Shown here: positions 49,025 to 60,792 of the stretch, one piece after another | How positions within the stretch are numbered: the first letter of the stretch is position 1 | Layout of the letters: each line of letters begins with the position of its first letter | Assembly: GCF_006345805.1 (NCBI RefSeq) | Contig: NC_043000.1 | Coordinates: 21,018,001-21,082,000, forward strand | DNA length: 64,000 nt | Source: Octopus sinensis | Taxonomy: Eukaryota | Direction of reading: 5' to 3' | Made by a program: the position numbers and the translations under genes | The notes under the pieces: generated by a model | Seen by the model: only the letters and a program-made list of their open reading frames with translations | Databases searched by the model: none | What the model was told of the DNA's origin: nothing

Positions 49025-50350
49025 GAAGAAGTCATGCTTAGACGAGCCCAAATGAAAGAATTAGAGCAGCAAATTAAAAGGAGGGCTGGGTATGCCGTGG
49101 TTGATGATGCGCAGACACGTGCTGAGACTGCGACGTCTTCGGCTCTATGTAGACGACGGTGAACAGGTGTGGTCGCCGTTTGTGAGGCACGCTTTCCCGC
49201 AGCTCGTCTCCATGACAGAACTGCAGTCGTGGATAAAAAAGAGGCCGAGGAAGGGCGAATGGCACCGTGAGTGTCGCGTTGCTCTCAAGCAACTATGCCG
49301 TCCCGGGTCGACCTTGAGTGATTTCAACACAACCCAAGCATTCTATAGGGGATTAGTGGAGGGGAGGTACGACGACAATCTTGGGGCGAACCTGGGCGTC
49401 GACGAGGAATACCTGACCCGCCTGTTTGAGACGACTTTCGGGCCGGGACCTATGGACAACTTCCAGAGATCCCTAGCGTGGCAGTGCTATCGAGAAGCGC
49501 TACCCGTTTGGGATAAGCTCTATAGGCATGGCTCGAGAAACACGGGGCCGACCTGCCCGAGATGCGGGCAGAGATACGAAACCGTTCTACACGCAATCGT
49601 GCAGTGTCCAACCATCTCCGACCTGTGGGTTTATGTCGAACGACTGCTGTCACGTGTGGGACGAGTCGGTTTATCAGCCGAGTCTATCGTAAATATCGTC
49701 ACGCCTCCTTCCTTCAAACGGGAAGGAAGAGCTATTTTTATCATACTTGTGGCTATGGCGAAAGAATGTATCTGGTGGACGCGCCTGAAAGGATTAGAGA
49801 CAAACACTTCCCTCTCTGGTCAATCTCTCATCAACTTCTTCAAGTATCACTTGAAGAGGAAAGTGGGAGTAGAGAGGCAAGTTTTGTCTAGTGAATGTTT
49901 TAAAAAAAGATGGGTGAATGTAGCAAGGGTGGCACGTATAAATGACGAAGCCACCTTGACTATGATTCTATGAACCGTAAAAATTAATACAGAGAATTGC
50001 TTAATTGCAAAAAAAAAGAAGAAATATAACATGTAACTTCATTGACCGAGGTTACCGTGGTCTTTTCCGTAGGCTTTTCTTTCCACGGGTAAACCTCACC
50101 TGTCTTCCCCTTTACACTTCATATTGGCATTTCTGTGATAACGATCCCTATTGATCAATTTTTTTCCTTTCCCTTTTTTTCCTCACCCCTTTTTTAAAAA
50201 TTTTATTTTATCCCCCCATTTTTTTGTCCTCTTTCTTTCCATTTATGATCCCTTTTGATCGAAAACCAAACCCCCTTCTTTTACCCCCAAAAGAAAAGCT
50301 CTACCTTGTAATTTTGTCCTGTCTGTGTGCAGCCCTGGGTGGCTAATAAA
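49025..50350 (+). mobile_element. L1/Tx1-clade LINE 3' part (ORF 49092-49973 with zf-RVT-like CPRC..ETVLHAIVQCP) plus pyrimidine-rich 3' UTR
   Basis: CxxC...HxxxxC motif with the preceding FQRSLAWQCYREALPV segment; ends GGCTAATAAA before (TATC)n. Confidence 0.8.
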
Positions 50351-50351
50351 C

Positions 50352-50352
50352 A

Positions 50353-50408
<56 letters not shown>

Positions 50409-50417
50409 CATCTATCC

Positions 50418-50483
<66 letters not shown>

Positions 50484-50550
50484 GTGTCTGTCTGTCTATC
50501 TACCGATCTATCTATCCATATATCCATCTATCTATCTATCTATCTATCTC
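50352..50550. repeat. (TATC)n microsatellite
   Basis: Direct reading. Confidence 0.95.
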
Positions 50551-51187
50551 TCCCTTCCCCCCTCTTCCCACTCCCTCCCCCTCTCCTTCTCCCTCTCCCT
50601 CTCTCTCCTCTCTGTATTTCGAATCAATAAAGAAAAGTTTACTTCATGCCCACGAGAAGTAAAGCAACAAATACAAAACGATTTATTTATAATAAAATAA
50701 TATCTAATGTGACTCCTGGGGTCATAACGTTCATTCCTATTTTCTGAACGGTTGCTACTAAGTGGTATTTCAAATGAATTAAAAGTACATCAAGTTTTAT
50801 GTAGCTTGCGTTGAATACTTCAGACACACCTTAAAGAAGGGTAAAATGTCCCTATAAACGTTTTGTATATCATCATTCAAAAAACATTACTACTTCTCAT
50901 GTTTAGTACACACGAATTATTTTACTATGTGAACAGCTGTGTCACTATGTGAACGCTTTTTAGATATCTGAATAATAATCGCTTACTAAATGGAAAACTA
51001 GAAGTTAACATTATTTATAAAAGGTGATTTTATTCATGTCATTTTTTATTACTTTATTCTGTATTATTTCAATATGAAGGAAGGTAAAAAGAAAAAAGTA
51101 AGAAAAGACGGAATATTTTATTCGGAGTCAACAGTTTAAATTTTTATACTCTGATTTTTTAAGGTGATCGAAACTTTTAGTGGATTT

Positions 51188-51570
51188 GGAAGCACTCCGT
51201 CGGTTACGACGATGAGGGTTCCGGTTGATCCGAATCAACGGAACAGCCTTCTCGTGAAATTAACGTGTAAGTGGCTGAGCACTCCACAGACACGTGTACC
51301 CTTAACGTAGTTCTCGGGGATATTCAGCGTGACACAGAGAGTGACAAGGCCGGCCCTTTGAAATACAGGTACAACAGAAACAGGAAGTAAGAGTGAGAGA
51401 AAGTTGTGGTGAAAGAGTACAGCAGGGATCACCACCATCCCCTGCCGGAGCCTCGTGGAGCTTTAGGTGTTTTCGCTCAATAAAAACTCACAACGCCCGG
51501 TCTGGGAATCGAAACCGCGATCCTATGACCGCGAGTCCGCTGCCCTAACCACTGGGCCATTGCGCCTCCA
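51188..51570 (-). mobile_element. SINE family C with a third tail type
   Basis: CpG-intact head and body; tail with hairpin at 51218-51244. Confidence 0.82.
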
Positions 51571-52239
51571 CTTTTAGTGGATAAGAAATATACAAATGGA
51601 GTTAATAGTCCGAAGCCTCGCACTGCTTGAGCGAAGTATGAATCAAACTGTATCATTAAGAATATCAAGCAATGAAAAAAAAAAATCAGCGGACATGTTT
51701 TAAGACATGTTGCATTAGTTTAACGCTTAAAAGAAGGGAAACAGTCTTGGCGTTTCGGACTCTACTTCATAGAGAGAGTGATAAAGAAGAAAAATGAAAG
51801 ATGGAGAAAAAGTGGTAGGGAAGGAAAAAGGGTAGGGGCTAGGTGGGAATGCGGTTCTATGGAGACGAGTTAGGGAGGAGGCAGAGTCGTGTGTACATGT
51901 GTAGGAGGATATCCATTGCGCATGTGTGTGTGTGTGTATTTGTGTGTGTGGTGTAGCGCGTGTGTGGTTTATTGGGGAGCGTGTTTTATTGGGGTGTGTA
52001 TACGTGTGCGAGTGTTAGAGTGTAGTGGTACAGGAAAGTGAGGGTATGAGAGTAGGTAATCATATTGTACGTGACAGGAAGGCGTGGGGGGAGGGGAAAG
52101 GGAAATAAGAAAAGACCTTGCAGATTACAGTTTAAATAGTAAGAAAAACAAATAAATCAAAGAATGATAAATGATCATATTTCATTCCTATAAAAGAAGC
52201 TGCCTTACACAGCTCCCGCAGTGTTATAACTGAGTATTG

Positions 52240-53487
52240 AAACAACTAATGAATCGCTCAAATATGGATGTAATATATCTCCATTCTACTTTGATAAAGT
52301 TTGTCATGGGATGATATGTCAGAATCTACGGAGACTCAACATAGTTGGAAAACTGTGATAGTGGTTACATGACTTCTAAACAAACAGAAGCCAGTCTGTG
52401 ACAGCCAATGGAGCCCTTTCCATTGAGATAGTATTAGCGGCTGGAGTGCCTCATGAAACTGTCTTGGAGCTGCTGTTGCTTATGGTGGCACTTTCGGACA
52501 CGCCACCAGTTACACACACAGCTATACTTACTAGCTATGCCGACGACGCAAAAGTAGTAGAAGCGTTCAAGTAAGTAACCTCTCAATGCTTATCTTCTAC
52601 AGAATGCTCTAGATGCCATTTATAAACCGGCTGAAAGAAGCAACATTCAATTTAATGCAAGAAAACCCCAAGCCCTTCGCTATCAGCCAGCTTGTGCTAA
52701 AATGCCGCTACAACATTACTTTGGACCAAAAGGAATGCCAACCCTAGAGTCGAGTACAGTGCTTGAACTAAGGATTGATATGAACCTTGTTTCATCTGCA
52801 TATCGCTAAGATGCATATCGCAAAGTGTTAGCGATTGACTGGCTGGATTCTGAGAACTTCCAGAATATGCTGGCTCTATGGAGGACGGTTGTCCTCGGCC
52901 GTCTGGACTACTGCTCACAACCCTGGTTACCCCACGGTATCAAATGAATTGCTGAACCTGAGGCAGTTTAACGATACTACATTAGGAAGATTACATAATT
53001 GGACCAGCTGAGCAACTGGGAGAGACTGAAAGAGTTACGTTTCTACTCACTGGAGCGAAGATGGGAGAAATGTGCAGTGATATGTGCATGGAAGATCCTG
53101 GAGGGGTTGGCACCAAACTTTGGCACTGAAAGCTATACCAACCTCCGAACTGGACCACACTGCACGAATCCAAAGATCCCAGCTATCGCATCTAGAGTGA
53201 GGAGCACGTACTGCAATAGCTTGGGATTCAAGGGCTCACAGCTATTTAATACCTTGCCAGAATATCTGAGAGATCTACATGGAGTATGGGCGGAGACTTT
53301 CAAGAAACAACCTGACTTCCAGCTGCTGAAGGTCCCAGATGAGCCTACATCACGGTAAGAAACTCATAAAAGAGCAACAATATCGAGCTCCTTTCTCCAC
53401 CCCAAGCCAATCATATAACAATGACCATTGAAATGGTGACAATACTAACGCTGCCCCAGCATAGCCACAATCTTGGGGCTGAAACGC

Positions 53488-53490
<3 letters not shown>
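52240..53490 (+). mobile_element. Degenerate CR1/L2-like LINE, RT C-terminal half and 3' end
   Basis: FDKVCHG, GVP..TVLE, SYADDAKV, WERLKELRFYSLERR and GSQLFNTLP remnants. Confidence 0.78.
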
Positions 53491-53537
<47 letters not shown>

Positions 53538-53542
53538 ATAGT

Positions 53543-53873
53543 GAAGGCGCATGGCTCAGTGGTTAGAGCGTCGAACTTACGATCGTGAGGTTGTGAGTCC
53601 GATTCCCGGACCAGGCTGCGTGTTGTGTTCTTGGGCAAGATACTTTATTTCACGTTGCTCCAGTTCACTCAGCTGTAGAATTGAGTTGCGATGTCACAGG
53701 TGCCAGGCTGTATCGGCCTTTGCCTTTCCCTTGGACAACACTGGTGGCGTGGAGAGGGGAGGCCGGTATGCATGGGCGACTGCTGGTCTTCCATAAACAA
53801 CCTTGCCCGGACTTGTGTCTGGGAAGGTAACTTTCTAGGTGCAATCCCATGGTCAGTCTTGACCAAAGGGGGT

Positions 53874-53878
<5 letters not shown>
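53543..53878 (+). mobile_element. SINE family D (V-domain-like TGTTCTTGGGCAAGATAC); its 3' part recurs at about 58975-59105 and 60470-60600
   Basis: tRNA-like head GGCTCAGTGGTTAGAGCG...GAGTCCGATTCCC. Confidence 0.78.
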
Positions 53879-53904
<26 letters not shown>

Positions 53905-54720
53905 CTAGCAGTATTGCCCGGCTCGTGCGCTCGTGCGTTCTATGCACGCGCGAATTAAGCTAAACTTGGATGAAGTTCAATCAAAATTCAATTATTTTTG
54001 GTTTTAAAATCAAGCATTTAATGCCCTCTATTTTTTCGCTTATGTGTTCCATTTCCTCAATAGGAAGTACGTAGAAGCGTTTCATAAATTTTTGTTGATC
54101 AAATAATTGCACTGTTGAATTATTCTTTTAGATCAGTGTTTCTCAACGAGGATTTCAGGGGAGAGTTTCAGGGAGTCGCTGGCGATGTATCGTGATGATC
54201 AAAAATCCGGCTTGCTAAAATTAGGTTAAAGTGATTCAAACTGCAGACTCAACGCAAAATGGTCACATTTAATTCAAGGCGTTAAAAATTTTATGAAAAC
54301 AATTGGTATGTGTTCACAAAGTCCAAACGATTAATACGAAAAAACCCTCCAGGCTACATCCCGAAAATTCATTTCTTTGCCGAATTTCTACAATGTTTAC
54401 GGCGATTCGTTTTTATATCTTGATTTTTATATTTTTCATGCAATTTACGTCAAACAGCTGACTGAGTAAAGTTCACTATTCAATGCATGGGATAAGGCTT
54501 AAACAAACACATTATCGATTTTTGCACTTGCGAGATGAATTTCGGAACAGAAATAGCGCAGTCCAATTTTCATTCGCCTAAACTTTAAGTGACCCATTTT
54601 TGGTGGTTCTACGATTTGTTGGCTAGGAGGAGATGAGCCGGGAAGTTAAACAGATAGACACACACACAGACACACAATTAGTTTTATATATAATATATAT
54701 ATATATATATATTATATATA
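53905..54720 (+). mobile_element. Non-autonomous Helitron-like element inserted in (TA)n
   Basis: Starts CTAGCAGTATTGCCCGG; ends ACACACAGACACAC-TTTTATATATA. Confidence 0.5.
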
Positions 54721-55094
54721 GAGGGCATTATACATACATGCCAGAAGGCATTATACATACATGCCACACTAGAGGGACATTAGTCATTTCTACCAAAATA
54801 TTACTAATCCCACCGAATGCAATTTTCAAAGTAGACATTTAAAATATAGACTGTATCACGTGATTTCATACTTACGTATTCATCAGCAGGCCTGAATGTT
54901 TATAAATAAACAACGACCTGCCCCGCTTAAGCCGATCAGCTAATGATCAACATCAACGAAGCACATGGGTGAGTTTACAATATTACATCCGGATAAATGG
55001 CAACTTTTACGAATTGCCTTTCGGAGAGAAAAGTTTTTTCGGAATAAAAATTTAGCATTAAGGACAACTACTTAATATATATATATACTGAGTT

Positions 55095-55418
55095 TCCGCA
55101 AAAATATGGGGATCACTTCCACACCCGCCTTATTCGTCAGATTTAGCACCTGCGGACTTCCATCTCTTTCCCAAGAAAATGCGGCTCAAAGGTCGCCGTT
55201 TTAGCACCATTGTCGAAATCCAGAGCGAATCACAGAAGGTCCACGACTCGCTTACGGAAAATAACTTCCTGGCCGGATTCCAAACGTGATAGGAATGCTG
55301 GGACTGATGGATTGCTGCGCAAGGTAACTATTTCGAAGAGGATAATGTTAAAACTTAGGTAAATAAGTTATTTTTTTATTAAACATAGTTAGTACGGAAT
55401 CTTTGATACTACCTCATA
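55095..55418 (+). mobile_element. Mariner transposase 3' fragment with terminal repeat
   Basis: LPHPPYSSDLAPADFHLFP motif, QGNYFEED end, ...GATACTACCTCATA terminus. Confidence 0.82.
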
Positions 55419-55721
55419 TATATATATATATATATACATGCATGCATGCATACATATATATACGTGCATACATGCGTAAGTTCATGTATAAAATTGATCT
55501 TTTTTCTACTTCAATTATTACATATATTTTTCTCTTATGAAAATGCAGGAGGAGTTATTCATATATATAATAATACTTTGAATGTGGTTCCTGAGAAACA
55601 GTAAAAGTAATTACCCGATCAACGACGGGTATTACTGCTAGTGTGTGTGTGTGTACCGCGTGTGTACCGTTGGCGATTTTTTTCCTTTGTCTTCCTTTCT
55701 CAGGATCTTTCCTTCTCCTAT

Positions 55722-55756
55722 GTTTCCGACGAAGAGCTCCGCTCGAAACGTTAAAC
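55722..55756 (+). ncRNA. Minimal hammerhead-like motif (family D, U4C variant)
   Basis: GUUU-CCGACGA-A-GAGC(UCC)GCUC-GAA-ACGU-U-AAAC. Confidence 0.55.
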
Positions 55757-55859
55757 CCTCCTTCTTTCCTTCTTTCCTGAGCGTCCTATAATACTATATT
55801 TGTTCCACGTCCTCACGTTGCTGTGTTTTTTTGTGCTTTCATGTTTGGATTAACTGTAT

Positions 55860-55895
<36 letters not shown>

Positions 55896-55992
55896 GTGTG
55901 TATGTGTGTGTGTGTGTATAAAAATACAAACTGGGACAAGAACGCAAAACATTTTGATGACGACACGAAAAACACAGACGGGACATATATAT

Positions 55993-56035
<43 letters not shown>

Positions 56036-56039
<4 letters not shown>

Positions 56040-56625
56040 TTAGAAATAATAAGGGGAAAAAATTGAACATTAATTTGATTAATATCAATTTAAAACCAGT
56101 GGTCTACCATATAGAAAAATATAAAGATTCAGAAAAATTGTATTACATACATATAAGAGGGATGACCACTAAGTGGACATCCATATGCTAGAAGTAGGCT
56201 TCCTATGGTCTTACCACTAAGAAAGGAATGTTCTCAAGAACATACGTTCTGGCGTTTGCTAAATTTTCTTCTAGCATATGGATGTCCACTTAGTGGTCAT
56301 CCCTCTTATATGTATATATATATATATTATATATATATATAAATTAGAAATAATAAGGGGAAAAAATTGAACATTAATTTGATTAATATCAATTTAAAAC
56401 CAGTGGTCTACCATATAGAAAAATATAAAGATTCAGAAAAATTGTATTACATACATATAAGAGGGATGACCACTAAGTGGACATCCATATGCTAGAAGTA
56501 GGCTTCCTATGGTCTTACCACTAAGAAAGGAATGTTCTCAAGAACATACGTTCTGGCGTTTGCTAAATTTTCTTCTAGCATATGGATGTCCACTTAGTGG
56601 TCATCCCTCTTATATGTATATATAT
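56036..56625. repeat. Two tandem 304-bp units, each with a perfect 47-bp inverted repeat
   Basis: Arms 56148-56194 / 56268-56314 and 56452-56498 / 56572-56618. Confidence 0.9.
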
Positions 56626-57199
56626 ATATATTTATACAAACACACACACACACACACCACACACACACACACACAACACACACACACATATATATATATA
56701 TTTGTGTGTGTGTGTGTGTGTGTTTGCCCTCCCACCATTGCTTGACAACCGATACTGGTGTGTTTATGTCCCCGGAACTTACCGGTTCGCCAAAATATAA
56801 CCGATAGAATAAGTATTAGGCTTACAAAGAATAAGTCCTGGGGTTGATTTCTTCGGCTAAAACCCTTTAAGGCCGTGCTCTATCATGGCCAGAGTCAAAT
56901 GACTCAAACAAGTAAAAGGATAAAAGTATACATACATACATACATATATACATACATACATACATACATACATACATACATGTCTGTGAGTGCATGTACA
57001 TATTAGTATATTTTTTTATTACCCAGCAATAAAAAGGGCTTCAGTCGGTTACATTTCCATCTTCTCCACCACTACATTTTATTTATTTATTTTACAATTC
57101 CTGCCGTTTAATCGAACAGCCATTAAATTTGCCTTGTTTCCTTTCAAATGAATAATAAACTGAATGTTATTCCAATATAGTCTTCTATAATGCCTTGCG

Positions 57200-57600
57200 A
57201 GAGCATTTTCAAATCTTGTTGAGCTTTAATCCTTTAACTTTGAAATCTATCACCATAGATAAGCATCTTTTGCTTGCTTCCAACATAAATGACATGACAA
57301 AGCTATCCGTCATTAATACGAAGCATTATTTGTAGAGAAATTTCCTAGATATTTCATGATATCGATTCTAGTCCCCCATTTGATTTGGATTCATCAATAA
57401 ATCAAATCCAGTTTATGAATATTATTTGTTGGTAGTTCTTTGAGGTAAAAACATAACCAATTCCAGCCAGTTTCTTGAAACAGGTTTATCTTGATCAAGG
57501 TCACAACTTTATCGATCTGTTTATAACCAGATGTACATTTTTAGTGTGAGGCCTATATTGGAGCGTTTAAATAGCGTAGATAGTAACACTATCCTGTTTA
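57200..57600 (-). mobile_element. Very old RTE-like ORF2 C-terminal relic
   Basis: IGLTL..KC, LCHV..KQKMLIYGD remnants with stops and frameshifts. Confidence 0.35.
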
Positions 57601-57807
57601 GCTGAAGTTTTTTCTTTTTTTTTGGTGTGATTCAAAAACTAAAAGCTAGACGTTATATTCTTTTATTCAGTTGTACTCAGTTTTTCGTCTCATAAATAAC
57701 ATTGAACTTAAATTAATTTACAACTGTTCTGTTGTTGACGTAATGTCATTTTATAGATCGTTAGACGAGACCACTCTAAATAGCATGCATGTAATACACA
57801 TATAGTA

Positions 57808-57819
<12 letters not shown>

Positions 57820-57857
<38 letters not shown>

Positions 57858-57920
57858 ACGTATTGTTGACGTCACCATCCCCCAAAACGTTACATATATA
57901 CATACATACATACATACATA

Positions 57921-57964
<44 letters not shown>

Positions 57965-58705
57965 GCATACACACACATATATACATACATACATGCATAC
58001 CTACCTACCTACCTACCTACCTACCTACATACATACATACATACATACATACACACATACATACACACATACATACATACACACATACATACATACATAC
58101 ACACATATATACATACATACATACATACATGCATGCATAGACACACACACACATACACTGACCCACACACATGCGCACAAACAGACAAAAAGGAACGCAG
58201 TGTAAATAACGGAAAGAGTCAAGACTATTGAAAAGGTTGCAAGACGCAACGAAAATTTTAAGAAAATAAAAATAAGAGGAAATTTTACCGGTGAATGTGT
58301 TAAATTCTAAGGCACAAAAAGAAAATGACTCTCTTCAGATAAAACAGTATATATATATATATATATATAATATTAGGGAATAAATCCAAACTTACAGGGA
58401 AAAATCAGATTTAGGATTGAATCCAATTTTATAGTAAAATATTATATTATATTAAATTAGAGATAAAACCACTATTAGGCAAATCATACAATGAAAAACT
58501 TAAGCCAATATATAAGATTATTTAATTTATATTATTTAAATATATAACAAAATTATTAAAAAAATATAATTAATATAACACTACGATCGTTTCATGGCTG
58601 TTAATTTCTTTAAATTTTCGAGTTACAGTCATTCATCAGGTGGTTTAAATATTTAACTTGGCGAGGTTTATCATTGATTTGCCTAATAGTGGTTTTATCT
58701 CTAAT

Positions 58706-58774
<69 letters not shown>

Positions 58775-59235
58775 AATCCAAACAAGAAGAAGCAAGAAAG
58801 ATCAACAACGCGAGGACGTGGTACAAGTACTGTGTTACTGGACGCTCAGGAAAGGAAAGAAAGGAAGAGGATTTCACGTTTCGAGCGGAGCTCTTCATCA
58901 GAAATATAGAAAAAGTTCAAACAAGGGAAGACAGAGAACGAAAATCGTCAACGATACACACGTGGTCACATGTGTGGCGTGGAGAGGGGAGGCTGGTATG
59001 CATGGGCGACTGCTGGTCTTCCATAAACAACCTTGCCCGGACTTGTGTCTAGGAGGGTAACTTTCTAGGTGCAATCCCATGGTCATTCATGACCGAAGGG
59101 GGTCTTTTATATATATATATATATATACATATACGTATATATATACACTTATATATTATATATATATATTCACTTATATATGTATCATGTATAAATATAT
59201 AAGTGTATGTATTTGTGTGTGTGTGCGTATGCATG

Positions 59236-59280
<45 letters not shown>

Positions 59281-59840
59281 ACGTATTGTTGACGTCACCA
59301 TCCCCCAAAACGTTACATATATACATACATACATACATACATAATACATATATATATATATATATATTATACATATGCATACACACACATATATACATAC
59401 ATACATGCATACCTACCTACCTACCTACCTACCTACCTACATACATACATACATACATACATACATACATACATACATACACACATACATACACACATAC
59501 ATACATACACACATACATACATACATACACACATACATACATACATACATACATACATACATACATACATACATGCATGCATAGACACACACACACATAC
59601 ACTGACCCACACACATGCGCACAAACAGACAAAAAGGAACGCAGTGTAAATAACGGAAAGAGTCAAGACTATTGAAAAGGTTGCAAGACGCAACGAAAAT
59701 TTTAAGAAAATAAAAATAAGAGGAAATTTTACCGGTGAATGTGTTAAATTCTAAGGCACAAAAAGAAAATGACTCTCTTCAGATAAAACAGTATATATAT
59801 ATATATATTATATATATATAGATATATATATATATAATAT

Positions 59841-59872
<32 letters not shown>

Positions 59873-60222
59873 ATATATATATATATTAGGGAATAAATCC
59901 AAACTTACAGGGAAAAATCAGATTTAGGATTGAATCCAATTTTATAGTAAAATATTACATTATATTAAATTAGAGATAAAACCAAACCACCATTAGGCAA
60001 ATCATACAATGAAAAACTTAAGCCAATATATAAGATTATTTAATTTATATTATTTAAATATATAACAAAATTATTAAAAAAATATAATTAATATAACACT
60101 ACGATCGTTTCATGGCTGTTAATTTCTTTAAATTTTCGAGTTACAGTCATTCATCAGGTGGTTTAAATATTTAACTTGGCGAGGTTTATCATTGATTTGC
60201 CTAATAGTGGTTTTATCTCTAA

Positions 60223-60272
<50 letters not shown>

Positions 60273-60599
60273 AATCCAAACAAGAAGAAGCAAGAAAGAT
60301 CAACAACGCGAGGACGTGGTACAAGTACTGTGTTACTGGACGCTCAGGAAAGGAAAGAAAGGAAGAGGATTTCACGTTCGAGCGGAGCTCTTCATCAGAA
60401 ATATAGAAAAAGTTCAAACAAGGGAAGACAGAGAACGAAAATCGTCAACGATACACACGTGGTCACATGTGTGGCGTGGAGAGGGGAGGCTGGTATGCAT
60501 GGGCGACTGCTGGTCTTCCATAAACAACCTTGCCCGGACTTGTGTCTAGGAGGGTAACTTTCTAGGTGCAATCCCATGGTCATTCATGACCGAAGGGGG

Positions 60600-60650
<51 letters not shown>

Positions 60651-60770
60651 ATATATACACTTATATATATATATATATTCACTTATATATGTATCATGTA
60701 TAAATATATAAGTGTATGTATTTGTGTGTGTGTGCGTATGCATGTATATATATGTGTGTGTGTGTGTGTC
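57820..60770. repeat. Direct tandem duplication of a unit of about 1.45-1.52 kb, bounded by (TG)n
   Basis: Unique segments repeat, e.g. 58577 vs 60095; differences are mainly microsatellite lengths and small indels. Confidence 0.92.
58577..58645 (-). ncRNA. Type I hammerhead-like motif (family E), copy 1; copy 2 at 60095-60163
   Basis: AACCAC-CUGAUGA-AUGACUGU..ACAGCCAU-GAA-ACGAUCGU-A-GUGUU. Confidence 0.7.
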
Positions 60771-60792
60771 TGCGTGTGTGCGTGTGTGTATG

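Noticed and set aside
51725-51775. Degenerate hammerhead-like string on minus (CTATGAAGTAGAGTCCGAAACGCC)
   Set aside because: Core lacks CUGA and a UH site; at most a dead relic.
57708-59693. Many ORFs rich in YI/HT/CV/MY dipeptides (also 22982-23317, 44630-45037, 50325-50700)
   Set aside because: Translations of (TA)n, (CA)n, (TACA)n and (TATC)n microsatellites.
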